NCBI GenBank assembly: GCA_902551155.1
Contig: CACDBG010000004.1
Location: 1-62,134, forward strand
Length of the DNA stretch: 62,134 nt
Direction of reading: 5' to 3'
Origin: an uncultured Verrucomicrobiota bacterium
Lineage (GTDB): Bacteria; Verrucomicrobiota; Verrucomicrobiia; Limisphaerales; UBA1100
Part shown: piece after piece, positions 20,545-30,617 of the stretch
Layout: each line of letters opens with the position of its first letter
Numbering within the stretch: the first letter of the stretch is position 1
The notes under the pieces: model-generated
Told to the model about the DNA's origin: nothing
Seen by the model: only the letters and a program-made list of their open reading frames with translations
The model's database searches: none
Made by a program: the position numbers and the translations under genes

Positions 20545-22071
20545 TCATTGTTGATAGAAATAATTTCCCAAAAGTTGTTTGATTTTTTCCTTATGAACAT
20601 TTTCAAGCATATACGTCCACGCTAAGATGATGAATAAGGCAAGTGTCAGTGTATGTGCTATGTTTTCGCTCGCACCAAAGAAACACAATGTCGTGTAGGC
20701 CGATATTGGCGCAATCATCAGGAGGGTATATTTTAAATAAACATCGCTAATATATTTTTTGATATCTATTTTAAAGTATCTAACTGCAATCAACATCAAG
20801 GGGCCAAAAGATCGCAGAATAAATATAGCCGCAACGCCAGAGGCCACCCCCAATAAACCAAGATCAAATTTCACAATGTTTATATACCCTATGATCAACC
20901 CTGTAAGGACAATGATTAATTCCAGCATTGAAATGATTATATGTTGGCCAACAAAGGACAATATCTTCCGCGCATATAGAGATGGAATTGAAAAAGAAAA
21001 AGGTATGATGATGACTAAAGTTAAATGGTAAATTGTATTTATTTCGCTTTGGCCAATATTCAACCACATATTTAAAAAAACTTTGCCAAAAGCTGCAAAG
21101 ATGATGGTTATAAAAGTTGCCAATATAAGTGAATATCTAGAGAATTGTATAAATGTCGTATATAATACGTTTACTTTATTTTGTGCGTGCAATTGTGATG
21201 CTTGAGGCCCGATGAAAGATACTGGGACGGTTAGAAATTGCATTATTGAAGCAACCAAAAGCATTGTTATTGAAAATAAGGCAACACCCTCGTCAATTCC
21301 GTTCACGAGCCCGATTAAAAGTGGGGTTCCTTGTCGTAGGGTAGTAGCACTTGCCGCTACAATCATCACAGATGCCCCAATGGTAAAAATTTGTTTTAAA
21401 TGGGGAGCAATGTTACTGAATGTATCATTTATGTTTGCGATAGCATTTGTTTTTAAAGCTAACATAAACTGAATGGCATGGATTATAAAATTAGATCCAT
21501 AGTAGATCAAAGCAAGAAGAAGCAGATCTAATAAATTTAAGTAAGCAATAAGGTATAAAACACAAACCCGTAGAATAATTAATACCGTCTCGACCCTTAA
21601 ATGGACATAAAATTTATGGTTAGATTCTAATATGCTGATTCCACATCTAAGCGGTAGGTTTACTGCTGTAATAATTAACGCAAACTTTAATGCATATTGA
21701 GCGCCATCAGGCGCACCAGTTAACTTGAATATAGAAAAAAAGAGTTCAACAAGATCCTGTGAAAATAATGCAATCGACAAGGCAATCGATAATAGCAGGA
21801 ACAAACAAATTATTGTTACCTCTCCTGATTTTTTCTTGTCATCGAGCGCAAGATACTTTGAAGAAATTCTAATTAAACCAGTGGGTATGCCCAATTCTGC
21901 AAGTTGTATGTATGCTGAAAACTGTGTTATGAGAAACCAAATGCCGGCAAACTTAAGACCTAAGGTATCTACAACTAACGGAGCAAGAATTATGCCTTGG
22001 CCAATTAGTGCAATATTTCTCAATACTTTTACATAAGTATTCTTAAAAAGGTTTTCCCGGAATAAATTCAC
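20545..22071 (-). CDS. wzx: Wzx-type oligosaccharide flippase (MOP family)
   Basis: About 13-14 hydrophobic segments; LAPLVVDTLG..AGIW and ELGIPTGLIR N-terminal pattern; operon context. Confidence 0.75.
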   Translation of the reverse strand: MNLFRENLFKNTYVKVLRNIALIGQGIILAPLVVDTLGLKFAGIWFLITQFSAYIQLAELGIPTGLIRISSKYLALDDKKKSGEVTIICLFLLLSIALSIALFSQDLVELFFSIFKLTGAPDGAQYALKFALIITAVNLPLRCGISILESNHKFYVHLRVETVLIILRVCVLYLIAYLNLLDLLLLALIYYGSNFIIHAIQFMLALKTNAIANINDTFSNIAPHLKQIFTIGASVMIVAASATTLRQGTPLLIGLVNGIDEGVALFSITMLLVASIMQFLTVPVSFIGPQASQLHAQNKVNVLYTTFIQFSRYSLILATFITIIFAAFGKVFLNMWLNIGQSEINTIYHLTLVIIIPFSFSIPSLYARKILSFVGQHIIISMLELIIVLTGLIIGYINIVKFDLGLLGVASGVAAIFILRSFGPLMLIAVRYFKIDIKKYISDVYLKYTLLMIAPISAYTTLCFFGASENIAHTLTLALFIILAWTYMLENVHKEKIKQLLGNYFYQQ

Positions 22072-22158
22072 CCGGTTTTAAAATTAATCATTACTTTCAA
22101 TTGAGTTCTTAATTCCCGACGAGGAACTCACATCTTTTGTAATTTTGTAAGCCAGAAT

Positions 22159-22833
22159 CTAAATGTTAGGCATTTTCGACTGATCAATAAAAGTAATTGA
22201 AATCTCAGGCAAATTTTCAGTCAATTCTTCCGTAAGAATTTTCATATTATCCACGTCTTTTATGTTTAAGAAAAAAACAATATTCAATTTTCCATCAGCC
22301 ATTTCGTACCTTCGAAGATCTGCCATATCTGTGTGTCGCCCCACAATATCCGAAATTGTACCTAAATTATTTCCCCCTCCCTGAGATTCAATTGATAGGA
22401 AATATGTTGTGGGGCTTGCTTTGGTGTTATTACCTTTAGTCAAGGCCATAAGGATCAATATCAAAAGGCCAGCGGTGATGGTGCTAACCGTTTGATTAGC
22501 CCCAAGACCCAGACCTATAGCAATTGAAATAAACAAATAGGCAAGTTCTTCAGGTTCTTTGATCGGCGTTCTAAAGCGTACAATTGAAAGTGCCCCAACC
22601 AAACCAAGCGACAATGCTAATGACGATTTAACCACTGAGATAACTAGGATCGTGGTCAAGATGATAAAGGGCAAAACAGCAGCAAATGATGCCTTATTGC
22701 TCAATACCGATGAATATTTTCTATAGTGATAAGTTACGCACCACGCAAGAATATATCCAATTAATAGGTTAAGCAGTAACGAGCCGACCGACAGTTCATC
22801 TAGGCTGGTAAGTGAAATAATTTTTTCTTTCAT
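22159..22833 (-). CDS. DUF4956 domain membrane protein
   Basis: Signature SSLALSLGLVGALSIVRFRTPIKEP; several TM helices plus a small soluble C-terminal domain. Confidence 0.88.
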   Translation of the reverse strand: MKEKIISLTSLDELSVGSLLLNLLIGYILAWCVTYHYRKYSSVLSNKASFAAVLPFIILTTILVISVVKSSLALSLGLVGALSIVRFRTPIKEPEELAYLFISIAIGLGLGANQTVSTITAGLLILILMALTKGNNTKASPTTYFLSIESQGGGNNLGTISDIVGRHTDMADLRRYEMADGKLNIVFFLNIKDVDNMKILTEELTENLPEISITFIDQSKMPNI

Positions 22834-22867
22834 TTTTTATTATTGTTAATCGTGTTTTTCTAACTAG

Positions 22868-23539
22868 TCATTGCATAATAGAGCTTACTGAATTTACATA
22901 CTTCGAGTTTCTGGAATTGCGTAATGGTATGTCACCTATTTCAGATGTTACAGCTTCATAGGATGATGGATCGTACTTCAACTCTATTGCCATATATTCG
23001 GTTGTAGCTGTTCTATGGGTTATATTAATGTTATCTGATAAAGTTTGATCATAGACTTCATGGCTTTGGTCTAGGGTGAGACGTATTCCCCCGCATTTTG
23101 AAATAAAATAAGACCGTATATACCTATTCAAAATTATCGGCAAACTATTATACTGGATAATGGTACGCCATGCTGCATTACCATGATTTGTAATTTTTTT
23201 GTATAAGCTACTGTGCGATGTCACATTATCTGTTATATCAATCTTAACCGACTCTTTGTAACCGTAAGAATTAATTCTATTCTTTAGCTCTAACGTACCC
23301 TTGCATGGATATAATGAATCTCCATACCATCGATATCTAAGTTTTGATCGTTTACTAATTCCGTCAAGGTTATCGGCATACGCAGCATATTCGAAGGTAT
23401 CATAATATATATTGCTGATTAGCCTGCCGGGATATTGCTTCCTGAAACAAAATGCAGACAGTGTTACCCACGATAAGATTTCAGATTCATATAAATCAGA
23501 ACATACAAACTTATTTTCGTATCTCAACGGTTTATCCAT
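22868..23539 (-). CDS. VTC domain protein (polyphosphate-polymerase-like, CYTH/TTM fold)
   Basis: Motifs RYENKF, ISNIYYDT, RSKLRYRWY, LELKNR, IRLTLD, IELKY and SKY. Confidence 0.85.
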   Translation of the reverse strand: MDKPLRYENKFVCSDLYESEILSWVTLSAFCFRKQYPGRLISNIYYDTFEYAAYADNLDGISKRSKLRYRWYGDSLYPCKGTLELKNRINSYGYKESVKIDITDNVTSHSSLYKKITNHGNAAWRTIIQYNSLPIILNRYIRSYFISKCGGIRLTLDQSHEVYDQTLSDNINITHRTATTEYMAIELKYDPSSYEAVTSEIGDIPLRNSRNSKYVNSVSSIMQ

Positions 23540-23547
23540 AAATAATA

Positions 23548-26154
23548 CTACTGCCTATTTGATTTCATTATGCCTTGATATAAATCTTTTACGGGAATTC
23601 TCACTTTTTTAATACTCCTACCGTTAAATATAATTTTTGAATGTTCGTCACACAAAATGTCCCCGTCATCGTCAATTTTTGTATTATGGGAGCTGATTGT
23701 TCCCCCAGTAAATTCATTCTTTTTCATATAAGCTATTATTGGTGCATATGAACAATTGGAAAGATCTGAGTTATGCAAGCTTACAGAAGAACCATCCTTT
23801 GATGCTAGGCCTACAGATGCCGTTCGAACGGTAACTCCCTTTACTTCAATGTTTGACCGTTCTCCTGCCGAGATAGCCTTATCGGATATTACATTAAATA
23901 CCGATTGTGAAATTGCTGATAAACTGCCGCTAAAATCTGCCGCATCTCCGCCCCCAAGAAGTCCAATATTATTAAATTCGCATTCCAAAATTTTCCCAAT
24001 TGAAAAATCGATATCTACCGCATCTGAATTAGTGTCTTGGAAAAAGCAGCTTTTAATAATATATTCTGACCTTATAACATTGAGAGCGTCTTCGGATTTT
24101 ACCGAGTGCATATTAAGATTTATGATATTTATATCACTTTTATAAACAGTAAATGCTCCAGTTAATGTAACAAAATCGTAAGATACTGGCCCAACATTTT
24201 CCATTCGGAGATTTTTAACTAAATTTGTTTTTCCCGTTTCCTTCAAATACAACCATCCAGCAGTTCCGTCTCCAATGAACTCGACTGGCTTCCCTGTCCC
24301 ACCTATATTTACTGGAACCTTGGAAACAACGCCAGAGCCATTAGTAAATCGAAGCTTCACCGCGGGAGGAATAATAAATTTATCGTAGCCTCCTAGGACA
24401 AGAACCTGATCGATATCCCACTCCCCTTCGCAAAAAGCAATGGTGTTATTTTTCTCATCATAATTAAGTATGTTTGATTCCAGCAGTTTATTTACATAAT
24501 GCTCATGATTATTTATTTTGCTAATTTCAGGATAATAATTTTGTACACTAACCTTACTAGTATAACTCTTATCAAGCGGCGAGACTATACAAGCTGCCCC
24601 ATTTAAAAGATCGAATGGGACATCGTATATTTTGCTATAATCCATTTTTTCCTGCGAGCTCCTTGCATCCATCTTGAAGGGTAAATATTGGTTAAAATAT
24701 TTTCCCAATTTTTCATTTTTTATCGGGTCTTCATGAATGATGTCTAGTATTTGCATCTTTTTAGGTATGGCGCTCGCGATCTGCAAATCAAAGCAACCCG
24801 ATTGGTTGCCCTCTACTAGAAATATATGTGCCGGCTTGATATTTGAATAATCAATGGGAATTACACGGGTTTTCAGCAAATGCTCCTGAATATATTTTGA
24901 CCGTTTTAGCAAATCTGAATAATCGTATGCTTCAAGAAGGTAAAATTCGCTAATTAGCTGCTTCAAATATATTTCTTCTTTGGCTGACAAATCCTTCAAA
25001 AGATCTGTATTTGATATGTCTCCTGTAATTTGGGCCAATGATTCGGTGTATGATTTGTGAATAACTGGATCTGATAAAATCAATTTGTAGAAGGGGCTAT
25101 CGATATACGCAGTATAGTTCATTCGTTCATTAAAATTATCGTCATACCCAACAGGCTGCAATTTGCTTGTATAAGGGTTGTAATAGAATCTTAAATTACC
25201 CCATCTCACGCCATGTTGAGCTCCGAACAATTCATTAATAGCCATGAATTTACCGATTTCATCAATATCGAAAACTTCTGAGGCTTTTAGTTTTTCTTCG
25301 ACGAATCCCCTTAACATACCAATTGCATTTATCCTGTGTATTTTAAGTTGTTTTGATTTAGATATTGCAGAATCACCGAAGGTATCTATCCGGGCGTTTT
25401 TATAATCAAATAACTTTCCGTATTTCCAGTAATCCGACTCGTCAAATCTAACAATGACAGATTCCTTGCGCCTGTTGTTTTCTATTAGCTCTTTGGAAAA
25501 ATGTTCTTCGATTTCCATCAACCCTACATCGTTCCCATTTAAGTAAACTCTTACAACTTTTCTTCTTAAAGTTATCAAACCATACGTTCCACGCATACAA
25601 TCTATGATGTATTGGCCTTGGAAACCTCTTACCATTGGATTTTGAATTGAAAACCTTCTCATGCCAAAAAGGCTTTCATCCTTTAAAACTTCAACACGAA
25701 AGGACCATTTATCACCTTGAATATGATCAACGTTGTCACCTTTGATACGAAGTTTAACCTTTATAGATTTTCCGGAATGCTCAATTGTGGCAGGCACAAA
25801 ATCATCTTGCTCCTGAGTGATATTGCCTTTAGCAAGAGATTCACGGACTTTAGACTGTATCTTCGAAAAGTTTTCAAATTTTACATCAATCCTGACTTTG
25901 TCAACGTCAGCAGAGTTCAAATGAGATTTAAGGTAACACAGGGGCGTTCTTTTTATTACAGAGCTTATGCTTTCAGGATTGATGGAATTATACCCCTTAC
26001 TAAAAAAATAGTTTCGTATATCCTGCAATTTCGAGAAAGCGACACCTAGCATGACAAGAACAATCGCGGACAACACAACTAAAGCTTTGTTTAAAAATTT
26101 TAGCGCGCGTTTATACTTTTTTTGCGGAGTAGCAAGTGTATTATTTATAATCAT
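23548..26154 (-). CDS. Membrane-anchored CotH-family kinase with a C-terminal right-handed beta-helix
   Basis: Single N-terminal TM helix. Motifs KLRIKGD..DH, KWSFRV, VYLNG..VGLMEIEE and HG..WGNLRFYYNP......PVGYD. The C-terminus has EDALN/SDAVDIDFS/GDAADFSGS/DKAISAGE repeats. Confidence 0.78.
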   Translation of the reverse strand: MIINNTLATPQKKYKRALKFLNKALVVLSAIVLVMLGVAFSKLQDIRNYFFSKGYNSINPESISSVIKRTPLCYLKSHLNSADVDKVRIDVKFENFSKIQSKVRESLAKGNITQEQDDFVPATIEHSGKSIKVKLRIKGDNVDHIQGDKWSFRVEVLKDESLFGMRRFSIQNPMVRGFQGQYIIDCMRGTYGLITLRRKVVRVYLNGNDVGLMEIEEHFSKELIENNRRKESVIVRFDESDYWKYGKLFDYKNARIDTFGDSAISKSKQLKIHRINAIGMLRGFVEEKLKASEVFDIDEIGKFMAINELFGAQHGVRWGNLRFYYNPYTSKLQPVGYDDNFNERMNYTAYIDSPFYKLILSDPVIHKSYTESLAQITGDISNTDLLKDLSAKEEIYLKQLISEFYLLEAYDYSDLLKRSKYIQEHLLKTRVIPIDYSNIKPAHIFLVEGNQSGCFDLQIASAIPKKMQILDIIHEDPIKNEKLGKYFNQYLPFKMDARSSQEKMDYSKIYDVPFDLLNGAACIVSPLDKSYTSKVSVQNYYPEISKINNHEHYVNKLLESNILNYDEKNNTIAFCEGEWDIDQVLVLGGYDKFIIPPAVKLRFTNGSGVVSKVPVNIGGTGKPVEFIGDGTAGWLYLKETGKTNLVKNLRMENVGPVSYDFVTLTGAFTVYKSDINIINLNMHSVKSEDALNVIRSEYIIKSCFFQDTNSDAVDIDFSIGKILECEFNNIGLLGGGDAADFSGSLSAISQSVFNVISDKAISAGERSNIEVKGVTVRTASVGLASKDGSSVSLHNSDLSNCSYAPIIAYMKKNEFTGGTISSHNTKIDDDGDILCDEHSKIIFNGRSIKKVRIPVKDLYQGIMKSNRQ

Positions 26155-26160
26155 AAGGGA

Positions 26161-26838
26161 TTAATATTTAAAGTTTCCTTTGCCGTTATAAAATGAATTG
26201 AATATTTTGAGGGCAAGATCCTTACCGCAATTACCTCTAAGCACTTCTTTCCAAGAGTCTATTTTAGACTCCTCTATTTTTTTTAGATAACCATCCATCG
26301 TGTAAACTAGTACCTTGTCATAGCCAAGTGCAGATAGCACTGACATCCGGTGGTTTCCCTGAAGCACAATGAAACGTTTATCGTTATTTTTGTTTATTAT
26401 ATAAGTTCCACCAATAACGCTTTTATGCCTAACAACCTGGTGTCCGCTTTTTTTTATACTTTTATATAGATTTATTGTATCATTATATTGCTTTTGGATT
26501 TGGCCCAGTTCAGTGGGGCCGCAAAATCGGCTTTTTAGTCGGTCCTTTAATTTATTACACCCTAATCGGAATTTCCCCCAAGGGAACACGTACAGCGGCA
26601 AGTCACACATCGAACTGTCATAACCGAACGCCTGACACATGTCTTCTGGAGTGAATTTATTGTGATACCTGTACAAAGAAGTATTCTCTACACTTATATC
26701 CTCGTTGCGCTGATATTCTTTTATTGTTTTTACAATTGGGTGGAATCCCTCTTTGTTAAACTGTCTGCCGAAAATTGTAACCGCCTGGTCTACGTTAATT
26801 AACCTTGTTCTTAATATGGATTTCAGAAAGTTCTTCAC
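26161..26838 (-). CDS. Hypothetical protein with a ParB/Sulfiredoxin-like motif
   Basis: LYKSIKKSG...FIVLQGNHRMSVLSALG resembles the ParB/Srx GxHR motif. No HTH is recognisable. Confidence 0.55.
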   Translation of the reverse strand: MKNFLKSILRTRLINVDQAVTIFGRQFNKEGFHPIVKTIKEYQRNEDISVENTSLYRYHNKFTPEDMCQAFGYDSSMCDLPLYVFPWGKFRLGCNKLKDRLKSRFCGPTELGQIQKQYNDTINLYKSIKKSGHQVVRHKSVIGGTYIINKNNDKRFIVLQGNHRMSVLSALGYDKVLVYTMDGYLKKIEESKIDSWKEVLRGNCGKDLALKIFNSFYNGKGNFKY

Positions 26839-26854
26839 TACTTGTAGTGTATTT

Positions 26855-28381
26855 TTATAGATATGAAGAAATCTTTTTTTCTATATATTGACTGAAATAT
26901 TCAATTTCTTCAGATGCGTTTTCTCGTCCAATCATTGACACTCTTTTAGATTTTGCCAAATGTACGCTGTACATATTCATAGGAATACTCAATTTCATGC
27001 AAGCGGCCACATATGCCATTAATGCTTTTCTATCGTATTTATAATTTCTTATTAAACTCCTTAATTTCTCATCTAATAGAGTTAAGTCACCTATTTTCAC
27101 TACCATACTCTCCGGCAGAATCCCATACATCACGTTGCCAAAGACCGCTACGGGTTTGCCCATAAGCATTGCTTCAAAACCTACAAATCCACTAATTGTA
27201 GCTACCGCTCGTGATTTTTTTATCCATTTTGTTGGATGTGTGTCACAATCGACAAAGTATAAATTTGGTATTTCAAGCAATTTTTTATAATATCCCGGCC
27301 TTCGATAGGCTATGCTTCTTGGGTGTTCTTTAATCAAAACTTTCCACCCAATTGGCACGCATTGACACAATCTTCTAATAAGTTCGATTTGATTTTGGTA
27401 TTTAACCCCATGAACTGACAGTGCTGTTTCCGGTTCGGAGTGTAACGGGAAAAAAATGAAATCTGTTTCTCCAATATCATCATAACCTATAATCCTCGTG
27501 TCCATACATTTTCTAGATATCCAGCTATTTAGCCCAGACAATATCTTAGTGTACAACAGTCCGGAGTATACCGGCGGAACATGATTATCGTTTTTTGTTA
27601 TTCTTCTTTGAAAAGATAAAATCCTCTTTATTACACCTCCACTAGATTTAAGTATTCCTGTAATTGAATTCGAAATCCGTGGTCTTTCATAAATTAAATT
27701 GCCCTCATATTTCACGGGTGCATTTTTAGCATCATCTATATAATTTGTTGCCTCTTCCCTGAATGAATAATCATTATTTTTAAGATTATTTTGAAATTCA
27801 TTATCTATTTCTTTTGTGTATGCTCCAAAACTTTCACTCAGTATAATATTGTTTTTAACCTTAGTGAATTTTAGCTGTAGATACTGTATCTGGTTTACCT
27901 TAGCTGCAAAATAAAGCAGGTAGTCGCCATAAGTCGACGGCGTTAATGTCATTATTACGTCAGGTTTTATTTTGCTAATAATTGATTCTATAGCAAATAA
28001 TGATGAGTATATTATATCACACAACTCCTCATGGGTATATTTGCACGCATACTCCTGCCTCAACTTTGTGTTTTTTCCATACATCAATCTCCGGTCGCAC
28101 ACTATTGCATCCCATAGGTTGCAGTTGCTGTACTTATTTTTAATTTTAATTAAATTACTAGTATTGATAGTTTCCCTCTGCTTCCCCGTGTAATTCCACT
28201 CGAACAATAGCTTGACTCTTGGATCGTCTTTTAATGGCAGCTTGTGATTATTATTTAGATAATATTCAGAGTCTGATACCAAGTAAGCACTTTCTTTGAG
28301 GACACCTTTGTTTTTCAAGATTTTATCTACCTCTTGAAAAATATTTAAAAATCCACTTTGCGCTCCAAAAAAAATATTCAT
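26855..28381 (-). CDS. Capsule-synthesis (KpsS/LipB-like) protein, candidate CMP-ulosonic-acid transferase
   Basis: Motifs FIFFPLHSEPE, VLIKEHP and TISGFVGFEAMLMGKPV; located next to neuA. Confidence 0.65.
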   Translation of the reverse strand: MNIFFGAQSGFLNIFQEVDKILKNKGVLKESAYLVSDSEYYLNNNHKLPLKDDPRVKLLFEWNYTGKQRETINTSNLIKIKNKYSNCNLWDAIVCDRRLMYGKNTKLRQEYACKYTHEELCDIIYSSLFAIESIISKIKPDVIMTLTPSTYGDYLLYFAAKVNQIQYLQLKFTKVKNNIILSESFGAYTKEIDNEFQNNLKNNDYSFREEATNYIDDAKNAPVKYEGNLIYERPRISNSITGILKSSGGVIKRILSFQRRITKNDNHVPPVYSGLLYTKILSGLNSWISRKCMDTRIIGYDDIGETDFIFFPLHSEPETALSVHGVKYQNQIELIRRLCQCVPIGWKVLIKEHPRSIAYRRPGYYKKLLEIPNLYFVDCDTHPTKWIKKSRAVATISGFVGFEAMLMGKPVAVFGNVMYGILPESMVVKIGDLTLLDEKLRSLIRNYKYDRKALMAYVAACMKLSIPMNMYSVHLAKSKRVSMIGRENASEEIEYFSQYIEKKISSYL

Positions 28382-28803
28382 TCAAATAAACTCCAAACTA
28401 ATAATTTATGAAAGACAGCTGTTATGACTATGCACTTGGGGAATGACAATTTTTCTTTTAGGCTTAGTTCCCAATCAGGAAGGCTGGCCCTCCCCCTTCT
28501 TTGCACATCCAGAGCTTTTGCACATCGTTATCCAAACTGCGATTAACAAGTAGTCCTTCAAAATGATTTACTAAAATCTTTTCAACTTCTGGTGGAAGAA
28601 GTGATAATAGAAAGTCGATGCTGAGACCAATCACGGGAGAGAGAGGCTCCGAATGACCCAGTATTTCTAACCTTGTCACACCAATCTTAAGCACATCTAG
28701 AAATCCTTGGGTAGAAAAAAAGGCTCCAAAAATTCCCTACAGGATTTTTTGTATACTATTGGTTTCTTACTGAGGATACACACTTCCAGAATTAATGTAT
28801 TTA

Positions 28804-29499
28804 TTAAATTTCATTACTCTTTAAAATAGCCTCAGCGTAAATAAAATCCAACATACTATCAATATTAACAGTGAACTCATTTTCTACTTTAACAAAAGCT
28901 GAGTTTTCATCAAATATCTTGTTAGTCTCCAACAAGAATCCTGTTTTAAACGCGTATATGTTACCGACATGCAAATATATATCATCAAGGTCAAATCTGG
29001 ATGTGACTTTTTTACTATTAACAAAAAACTTTTCAAAATTTCCGATCTCATTTTCTTTATACATATGATGAGGATGGGCGTGGTCTATCTTCGTAATTGA
29101 TATTACACTCTCACTCTTCTTTTCAATAATCTCTTCTATGGCGTTATCAAAGTGTTTTACCTGCGTAAAAGGTGAAGAAGGTTGTAAAAGCACACATATA
29201 TCATACTTTCTACCACTAGCCATTAGTTTATTTAAGCAATATATTAATACATCAACAGTTGTAGCATTGTCTGTGGATAGGTGATCGGGCCTCCTAAAGG
29301 GCACCTCGTATCCAATTTCCTTTCCAATATTAATAATTTCGACATCATCCGAAGATAGGATCAATGTATTATCGTATTTCGATGATTTTGCTACTTCATA
29401 AGGATATTGAATTAACGGCTTCGCACCCAATAATTTGATGTTCTTTCTTTTTACACCCTTAGAACCACCTCTGGCGGGCACTATTGTTAAAATCCTCAC
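28804..29499 (-). CDS. neuA: Acylneuraminate (nonulosonate) cytidylyltransferase
   Basis: Motifs PARGGSKGVKRKNI, SSDD, PFRRP..LS.D, LLQPSSP and NID...DF. Confidence 0.92.
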   Translation of the reverse strand: MRILTIVPARGGSKGVKRKNIKLLGAKPLIQYPYEVAKSSKYDNTLILSSDDVEIINIGKEIGYEVPFRRPDHLSTDNATTVDVLIYCLNKLMASGRKYDICVLLQPSSPFTQVKHFDNAIEEIIEKKSESVISITKIDHAHPHHMYKENEIGNFEKFFVNSKKVTSRFDLDDIYLHVGNIYAFKTGFLLETNKIFDENSAFVKVENEFTVNIDSMLDFIYAEAILKSNEI

Positions 29500-30617
29500 A
29501 AATGCCTCTCTAACTGTAATAGCATAGAAATGTTTTCAGTGTAATGATTCATTAATGGTGAATTCATTCTTAGTTTCATAGTTAGTAAATTATATCTTTC
29601 AATCAATTCATATAATACTTTGTTGTTAATTTCTCTAAGAAAGCGAACCCTATTGCAAATATTGGCGACTATACCTTGATAACCTTTGATATTAACTGTA
29701 GCTGTATTTTCAGTTAATCCCTTTTCATTTAAATAAGCTGTTTCTGATTGATCCATCATTTCTGAAAAGGATGTAAAGTTTTTCATCACAATGTTTTCAA
29801 TTTCATTCCAGCTACTAGAACTATTAACCTGCATACCAATTAAGTCCAATTTGTTAAATATGTTAGATGGATCTGTTATATTGTTCACACCATTTTGGTA
29901 ATTATCGCAGTCACTTAGTTGTTCTTTTTCTTCTTCATTCATTAAAGCTTGATATATTTCATTCACATAGACAGCTGAAATATGTAACTTATCATTCTTA
30001 AAGCAGTTGTCACTGGAATCATATGTATACCAGGGAAAAAGAGCGTCAAAATAATAGCCAGAATTTATGAGCTTATTAACTACATCCACTTTTTCGATTA
30101 CATAAAAACCATTGTTTAAAAACATGAAGTCAGCCTTATTTATGTTTTGGAACTGGTGAGTATAATTTCCATAATAACGTTCGACTCCGGCTGGCAATTC
30201 ACTCTCAAATATAATTATAATTTTAGAATCTGGAAATTTTGATTTAACTAACCTAGTATATTCCTGAAAATAGTTCGCATAATTAGTCCAAGTATATTTT
30301 GTTTCTTCAATCTTAATTTTTTTGTCTTTGACTTGGTCTAGCTCTAAATACCTGCCATTAATTTTCACATATTTATCTCTAACAAAAAATTGCGGCATTG
30401 TTATGACAATTTTATCATATTTCTCTTTTTCAGAAAATCCCAAATAATAATTAGTTGGAGCACTTGTCGTAATGGAGTTTTTTAGCTCTTCTGAATATGA
30501 AGAGGGGTTATTGAGAAAAGAATAATTTGTACACCATTTATATCTACAATGCTCATTAACTTGGTTATGGATATAGTATAAGTATCTAGCTAAACAGTTG
30601 CCTAAAAATAATGTCAT
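29496..30617 (-). CDS. Hypothetical protein (possible SGNH-like acyl-modifying enzyme)
   Basis: 373-aa AT-rich ORF overlapping both neighbours by 4 bp. It has an N-terminal FLGNC and an internal DKLH. Confidence 0.6.
   Translation of the reverse strand: MTLFLGNCLARYLYYIHNQVNEHCRYKWCTNYSFLNNPSSYSEELKNSITTSAPTNYYLGFSEKEKYDKIVITMPQFFVRDKYVKINGRYLELDQVKDKKIKIEETKYTWTNYANYFQEYTRLVKSKFPDSKIIIIFESELPAGVERYYGNYTHQFQNINKADFMFLNNGFYVIEKVDVVNKLINSGYYFDALFPWYTYDSSDNCFKNDKLHISAVYVNEIYQALMNEEEKEQLSDCDNYQNGVNNITDPSNIFNKLDLIGMQVNSSSSWNEIENIVMKNFTSFSEMMDQSETAYLNEKGLTENTATVNIKGYQGIVANICNRVRFLREINNKVLYELIERYNLLTMKLRMNSPLMNHYTENISMLLQLERHL

Noticed and set aside
23548-26154. Sporulation / spore-coat function of the CotH gene
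   Set aside because: The context is a diderm glycan locus with no sporulation genes, and CotH-family kinases are widespread outside spore formers.
26161-26838. Plasmid or chromosome partition system
   Set aside because: No ParA, no HTH domain and no parS-like palindromes were noticed.
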